Virus record (IMG/VR): IMGVR_UViG_3300033145_001793
Span: 1-40,083 of that record
Length of the DNA: 40,083 nt
Origin: a virus
Lineage: Duplodnaviria; Caudoviricetes
Direction: 5' to 3' (one strand)
Part shown: one piece after another, positions 35,515-40,083 of the stretch
How positions within the stretch are numbered: the stretch's first letter is position 1
Layout: each line of letters begins with the position of its first letter
The notes under the pieces: generated by a model
The model's input: the letters and a program-made list of their open reading frames with translations, nothing else
Told to the model about the DNA's origin: nothing
The model's database searches: none
Made by a program: the position numbers and the translations under genes

Positions 35515-35958
35515 ATGAATAAACAAATCTGCAAAGAAAAAATTGAAGCAGCGAGAAAAAGGCTTGATAAATCATCTAGAGGATCTGATGAGGAGTATTA
35601 TGCAAATTTATTGTTAGAAAACTGGAAGGTTTTTAACCTGTATAAACAGGCTGTTAACCTGTGGGGTGAAGATCTTCAATTAAGAATGGCTATTGAGGAA
35701 ATGAGCGAACTCACACAGGAAATATGTAAATTAAGCAGGTATGAAACTTGTAATTATCCGCAAATTATTCAGCGAATAGCCGAGGAAGTGGCCGACGTGG
35801 AAATTATGTTGGAGCAAATTAAAGTAATGTTCAACATATTTGATGAAGTGTATCAGTTTCGGAATAAGAAGCTAGAGCGGTTGGCCCAAATGATAGAAGT
35901 AGCCAGGCTAGGAAAGGGGTTAAAATATGACCAGACGAATAAAAATACCAAAGAATAA
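35515..35958 (+). CDS. MazG-like nucleotide pyrophosphohydrolase
   Basis: AIEEMSELTQEICK...IAEEVADVEIM motif. Confidence 0.75.
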   Translation: MNKQICKEKIEAARKRLDKSSRGSDEEYYANLLLENWKVFNLYKQAVNLWGEDLQLRMAIEEMSELTQEICKLSRYETCNYPQIIQRIAEEVADVEIMLEQIKVMFNIFDEVYQFRNKKLERLAQMIEVARLGKGLKYDQTNKNTKE

Positions 35959-36154
35959 AAGAGGACGGCCGAGGTTTGCGACGGATATGAACCGCAGACC
36001 ACCGTCAGAAATAAGAATATACTAGCTAACGCCCGAGGAACTGGCAGAACTGAACCGGAAGTATCCGCCAGAGCCAGGGAAAATGGACATAGGTGCAAGG
36101 ATACTGTACGACCATGACAGGGCGGTACGAGAGAAATGGGGGATTACAAGATGA
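35927..36154 (+). pseudogene. 75-codon ORF interrupted by in-frame TAG (pseudogene or readthrough)
   Basis: MTRRIK...SEIRIY*LTPEELAELNRKYP...KWGITR; RBS upstream; final TGA overlaps next ATG. Confidence 0.6.
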
Positions 36155-36339
36155 AGCTTGGCGAGAAATATCGCATCAAAGGCTGGGGCACGAAACGCCG
36201 CAGAGAAACGTATATAGGGAAACTGGTATATATCCATCCTGACGGATACTATGTGACATTTGATGTGGGCGGATACCTGATGTCTGTACTTATGGCAGAT
36301 ATTGTAACGGGAGAGTATGAGGTGAGAAAAATTGGATGA
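36151..36339 (+). CDS. Hypothetical protein
   Basis: MKLGEKYRI..., beta-rich. Confidence 0.6.
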   Translation: MKLGEKYRIKGWGTKRRRETYIGKLVYIHPDGYYVTFDVGGYLMSVLMADIVTGEYEVRKIG

Positions 36340-36475
36340 AATAGATCTGTATCAGAAAATACTCTGGTATCTGAAGGAGAACCCGGATATGACAGCCAAG
36401 GCGATTGCAAATGTGTTCGGCGTGGATACCGGGGAGGTACAGAAAAAACTGAGAGAATTGGGAGTTGATGTATGA
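36332..36475 (+). CDS. Small winged-HTH protein (not in ORF track)
   Basis: ILWYLKENPDMTAKAIANVFGV....VQKKLREL, RBS GAGGTG. Confidence 0.6.
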   Translation: MDEIDLYQKILWYLKENPDMTAKAIANVFGVDTGEVQKKLRELGVDV

Positions 36476-36933
36476 TGGGGCATGTTATACATCAATGGAC
36501 TTACCTGGTGGTTGTACTGAACAGAGAATACTTTTACAAGAAGTATACGGTCGATATCCCTTATCTACTAAAGCCGGGGGATATGATATACCGGTGTCGA
36601 TACGAAGGAAGAGGTATGTGGTTCAGGGGTAAAATTGAGGATGTGAATGATGAAGGCATATTGCTGCTGAATTATGCCGGGACAATACCTGAGCTGGTAT
36701 TTCTACCTTTTGAACATGAGCCTGAAAAATATTTCACGAAACCAGAAGAAAGACAGCTCATTTTCTGCCCGCTGCCGCCATTTCGCACAAAGCCGAATTT
36801 TGCGAATTTAGCCACATTGAAGGAAATGCCCTTTGCCAAACATCCCTGGGATTCAGATGCTGATTGCCTAGAGGATTATATTTCAAATTTGGGGAATATT
36901 GGAGTCCCACAGCAACTCAGCATGTTCGGGTAG
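36472..36933 (+). CDS. Hypothetical protein
   Basis: 153 aa, ends QLSMF (possible sliding-clamp-binding motif). Confidence 0.6.
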   Translation: MMGHVIHQWTYLVVVLNREYFYKKYTVDIPYLLKPGDMIYRCRYEGRGMWFRGKIEDVNDEGILLLNYAGTIPELVFLPFEHEPEKYFTKPEERQLIFCPLPPFRTKPNFANLATLKEMPFAKHPWDSDADCLEDYISNLGNIGVPQQLSMFG

Positions 36934-36942
36934 GTGATAGAC

Positions 36943-37299
36943 ATGATCAGAATAACCATACCAGGGAGACCGGTGCCGAAAGGACGGCCGAGGCTGGGCA
37001 GGAACGGGAATGTGTACACACCAAAGAGGACAAAGGAATATGAAAATCTGGTGGGATGGTGCACAAGGCAGAAGATGAAACAGCCCCTGGAGGGCGATAT
37101 AGCAATATACATACGAGTATACGTGAAAAACAATGTATTCCCTGATATAGACAACATAGCAAAAGCAATCATGGACGGGATGCAGGGGATAGCGTACAGG
37201 AATGACCGACAGGTATCCTTTCTGGCAGTGCAGAGGATACGGGGGAAAGAGGAGAAGGTGGATATAGAGCTGGAGGAGGTGGAGGACTGTGCCGGATGA
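36943..37299 (+). CDS. rusA: RusA-like Holliday junction resolvase
   Basis: PVPKGRPR, PDIDNIAKAIMDG, NDRQV motifs. Confidence 0.92.
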   Translation: MIRITIPGRPVPKGRPRLGRNGNVYTPKRTKEYENLVGWCTRQKMKQPLEGDIAIYIRVYVKNNVFPDIDNIAKAIMDGMQGIAYRNDRQVSFLAVQRIRGKEEKVDIELEEVEDCAG

Positions 37300-37519
37300 A
37301 CTGCTTCAGCTGGAAATCCGGGCAGCAGTGAGATATCTGAATATGGACTGGAGCGAATTTCGAAGACTGCAGAGCAAAGCGCTGGACTTGTACTACCGGG
37401 AGCTGTTCAGAGATGTTGCAAGGGTGAATGGGCTTAACATTGATGAATTTATGGAAAAAATGGAAAACTGGGGCGTACCGGTGAGGGAGATATTGAAATG
37501 CAAGAGGAGGGTCAGCTGA
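37289..37519 (+). CDS. Hypothetical protein
   Basis: RBS GGAGG. Confidence 0.55.
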   Translation: MPDELLQLEIRAAVRYLNMDWSEFRRLQSKALDLYYRELFRDVARVNGLNIDEFMEKMENWGVPVREILKCKRRVS

Positions 37520-37617
37520 TGTTTTACCGGGGGTTATGTGTGGGTATGGCATTAGGGGCGGTGCTGGTGATATGCACGCTGGCACTGTTAGCCGTGGCAA
37601 ACGAGAGGGTGAGGTAG
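37519..37617 (+). CDS. 32-aa single-TM peptide
   Basis: MFYRGLCVGMALGAVLVICTLALLAVANERVR, RBS GAGGAGG. Confidence 0.5.
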   Translation: MFYRGLCVGMALGAVLVICTLALLAVANERVR

Positions 37618-37621
37618 CAAA

Positions 37622-38281
37622 ATGAAATGCCCTTGTGAGATAGAAAACGTCAAAACACTCAAAAAAGGCATGAAAATAGTCCTGGCCATTGAAAAGGACA
37701 ATGTCAAAGAAATTATGAAACATCTGCACAATTTCATAGACCGGCCAATCATAGCTGACCTGCTCATTGATGCCGAGGAAGCGAAAAAGAGAATGGAGGC
37801 CATATCCGAGGAGCAGCGCAAGAAGATATATGCCCTTTTCAGGAACATAGCCGAATATATAGGAGACAGCGTGGACAGCATCAAGATAGAGATGAAGAGG
37901 CAGTTCTGCCAGGAGAGCCAGTACGAAGATTTCTCGCTGTCGACATGCTCCCATAAGCTTGCCGGCGACTTCATAGAATGGTTGATTGAGTTTTGTTTTG
38001 AGAACGGTATTCGTATATCAGAGCATCCCAGGGAAGGTTTCAGGGATATAGAGAAGTACCTGGCGTTGTGTCTACGGAAGAGGATATGCTGCATATGCGG
38101 GAAGCCGGCGGACGTGCATCACTGGGATAGTATTGGAGCTGGCAGAGACAGAAAAAAAGTAGACAACAGCCAGCATAGAAAAATAGCGCTTTGTCGTGTT
38201 CATCACACTGAGGCGCACACGATTGGCAGGGAGAGCTTTGAAAAAAAGTATCATGTATACGGGATATTGTTGGAGAAATAG
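37622..38281 (+). CDS. Putative HNHc nuclease (DUF968-like)
   Basis: QRKKIYAL, CCICG..ADVHH, ALCRVHHTEAH.IG...F..KY. Confidence 0.85.
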   Translation: MKCPCEIENVKTLKKGMKIVLAIEKDNVKEIMKHLHNFIDRPIIADLLIDAEEAKKRMEAISEEQRKKIYALFRNIAEYIGDSVDSIKIEMKRQFCQESQYEDFSLSTCSHKLAGDFIEWLIEFCFENGIRISEHPREGFRDIEKYLALCLRKRICCICGKPADVHHWDSIGAGRDRKKVDNSQHRKIALCRVHHTEAHTIGRESFEKKYHVYGILLEK

Positions 38282-38296
38282 AAGGAGGTGACTGGC

Positions 38297-38569
38297 GTGA
38301 ACGAAAAAATACTTTGGGCAGAGAAGGAGTTTGGTTTGGGTATTGTTATTGACGGCAAGCATTATATTAGCGAGAAAATATTCCCCCAAAAATGCAAGAT
38401 TTGCGGGAAGGAAGCAGAAACAAGATATGTAATAATAGACAATTATGGATTTTACCTGTGCGAGGATTGCAGGGAGGTAATAAGTATTTTGTCATATGAT
38501 TTGGGAGAACTAGAGCATGTACGGAACTTGATTAATGGATTACGTGGTAGGGAAACAAAGGAGATGTGA
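38297..38569 (+). CDS. Zinc-finger hypothetical protein
   Basis: CKICG...LCEDC; start uncertain. Confidence 0.6.
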   Translation: MNEKILWAEKEFGLGIVIDGKHYISEKIFPQKCKICGKEAETRYVIIDNYGFYLCEDCREVISILSYDLGELEHVRNLINGLRGRETKEM

Positions 38570-38572
38570 CCG

Positions 38573-38698
38573 ATGTTAATAGTTGCCGACGGTAAAACTG
38601 AAGAAGAATTAATTAAAGAATTAAAGGCAAAAGGGTTATGCGAAGAAGATATAAAGATTGTTATTGAGCATATAAAGCAGTTGTCAGGTGAGGAGTGA
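38573..38698 (+). CDS. 41-aa hypothetical protein
   Basis: RBS AAGGAG. Confidence 0.45.
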   Translation: MLIVADGKTEEELIKELKAKGLCEEDIKIVIEHIKQLSGEE

Positions 38699-38703
38699 CA
38701 TCA

Positions 38704-38838
38704 ATGCAGGAAGTACGATGCAAAAACTGCGGCAAAAAGCTCGGCGTCATCTCAGGAAAGGCCGAGATAAAATGCCCTAGGTGCGGCCATATCAACAGAA
38801 TAGACACAGAAGAGGTCCACGAGACCCAGTCACAATAG
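38704..38838 (+). CDS. Mu Com-like zinc-finger regulator (not in ORF track)
   Basis: MQEVRCKNCGKKLG...EIKCPRCGHIN. Confidence 0.75.
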   Translation: MQEVRCKNCGKKLGVISGKAEIKCPRCGHINRIDTEEVHETQSQ

Positions 38839-38856
38839 GCTGGGTTTCTCTTTTTG
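38821..38856 (+). terminator. Hairpin plus T-run after the Com-like gene
   Basis: GAGACCCAGTC-ACAATA-GGCTGGGTTTC-TCTTTTT. Confidence 0.6.
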
Positions 38857-38870
38857 CGGGGGTGATGAGG

Positions 38871-39083
38871 ATGTTCAGAGTGAACGGCAGGGCCCTGGTG
38901 ATTGAACGGGAGAGCATATGCACGGTGGAGGAGTATGTATCCGGAGAGGTACGGGAGGAGCTGCAGACATGGAAGTATTTCATGGAGCAGTATCTCAGGG
39001 ATATCAGGCCGGCAGAGGCGATGCGGCATGATGCATACAAGCGTATCAACAGGAGGATAAGACAAATCAGGCATGGCGCATAG
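38871..39083 (+). CDS. Hypothetical protein
   Basis: MFRVNGRAL..., RBS GGGGGTG. Confidence 0.55.
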   Translation: MFRVNGRALVIERESICTVEEYVSGEVREELQTWKYFMEQYLRDIRPAEAMRHDAYKRINRRIRQIRHGA

Positions 39084-39097
39084 GGGGGCTGATGGCA

Positions 39098-39450
39098 TGA
39101 CGAATGAGCAGCTGGCACGGGAATATAAGAAATCCCTTCAATTGTTGAACAGCAGGATAGCTGTTCTTAAAAACAGGCTGAAGAAACTGGAGAAGAAAAG
39201 AAAACTGCATAAGGAAGAGATTAGAGAACTGCGCCAGAGATTGGAACCTCTTATGGCCATGCAGAGGGACCTGCGGGAGATTACTAGGGAAGTGAAAAAC
39301 TATTACATAAGGAGCTGGTGGCGAAGTGAAAAGTATACCTGTAACAATAGAAGAGCTCGACGTGCTGTACCTTTCTTCAGAAACATATTTGAGGAAAATA
39401 TGCTCGACAAACTCGAACCGGATACGGAAGATGAAGAAGGCTTTGCATGA
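39098..39450 (+). CDS. Coiled-coil hypothetical protein
   Basis: MTNEQLAREY... basic coiled coil; start approximate. Confidence 0.55.
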
Positions 39451-39640
39451 AGCGATTAGAGAAGATCTCACCGAGAGACAGCAGGAAATGATTATTATGT
39501 ATTTCTTCGACGGTATGAGCATGCAGCAGATAGCGGATGAGTTGGGAGTAACCAAGCAGAATGTTTCTAAGACAATAAAGAGAGGGTTAGATCGCATAAA
39601 AAAATCAAAAAAAGTGAAAAAATTTTTATATTCAGCCTGA
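39326..39640 (+). CDS. Sigma-70 region-4 HTH protein (putative late activator)
   Basis: LTERQQEMI.MYFFDGMSMQQIADELGVTKQNVSK; located just before HNH/terminase. Confidence 0.82.
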   Translation: MKSIPVTIEELDVLYLSSETYLRKICSTNSNRIRKMKKALHEAIREDLTERQQEMIIMYFFDGMSMQQIADELGVTKQNVSKTIKRGLDRIKKSKKVKKFLYSA

Positions 39641-39647
39641 AAAACGG

Positions 39648-39676
39648 TTGACTTTTTGGCAAATGAAGCCTATAAG
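39648..39676 (+). promoter_or_regulatory. Putative late promoter
   Basis: TTGACT-17bp-TATAAG upstream of HNH. Confidence 0.55.
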
Positions 39677-39693
39677 TGAAAGGAGTTTTTTCT

Positions 39694-40047
39694 ATGCCAT
39701 ACAGACCAAAGACGCCATGCAGATACCCCGGCTGTCCTGAACTGGTTGAAGCAGGACAACGTTTTTGTGATAAGCATAAACGAGAAGTGAACAGGCAGTA
39801 TGACAAGAAGAGAGGAACAGCGGTACAAAGGGGATATGATGCAAGGTGGCGGAGGATAAGAAAGATGGTCTTAGCAGAAGAACCGTTATGCAGGGAATGT
39901 TTGAAACATGGAATCGTAAAGCCAGCAACAGATGTTCATCATATAGACGGGAATCCGAAGAATAACAAGAGAGAAAATCTTGAACCGCTATGCCACGAGT
40001 GCCATAGCAGACACACAGCAAAACATCAAGGATTTGGCAAAGGATAG
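39694..40047 (+). CDS. HNH endonuclease (terminase-associated, HK97 gp74-like)
   Basis: PCRYPGC, RGYDARW, PLCRECL, DVHHIDG...N...NLEPLCHECHS. Confidence 0.93.
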   Translation: MPYRPKTPCRYPGCPELVEAGQRFCDKHKREVNRQYDKKRGTAVQRGYDARWRRIRKMVLAEEPLCRECLKHGIVKPATDVHHIDGNPKNNKRENLEPLCHECHSRHTAKHQGFGKG

Positions 40048-40083
40048 GGGCATTGCAATCATGGCAACTCTGCCTACCGAAAC

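Overview
The window looks like an essentially complete genome of a temperate, long-tailed (siphovirus-type) phage of a Clostridia-class Firmicute, with an HK97-type head. It is in the excised/virion configuration: the intact attP is internal (3' half of tRNA-Pro-GGG, 22501-22548) and the ends fall between the HNH and terS genes, where a cos site is expected. Gene order: packaging and head (44-7709), neck and tail (7715-19248), lysis (19317-20560), a minus-strand accessory operon (20835-22263), attP/integrase/ImmA/immunity (22340-26170), early genes for regulation, recombination and replication (26181-39640), then HNH. The most unusual elements are: (i) a ~237-nt tRNA-shaped non-coding element (32298-32534) that keeps the acceptor stem, D-arm ends and T-arm but has large structured inserts in the D-loop and anticodon arm; (ii) an accessory operon with a consensus sigma-A promoter, a palindromic operator, an RHH regulator fusion, small ORFs and repeated 35-bp hairpin spacers, an architecture typical of anti-CRISPR/anti-defence loci; (iii) a translationally coupled ORF interrupted by one in-frame TAG; (iv) a portal-MuF fusion; (v) a DEDDh exonuclease and SOS boxes in the immunity region. 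All product calls come from motif recognition and synteny only; no database searches were run.
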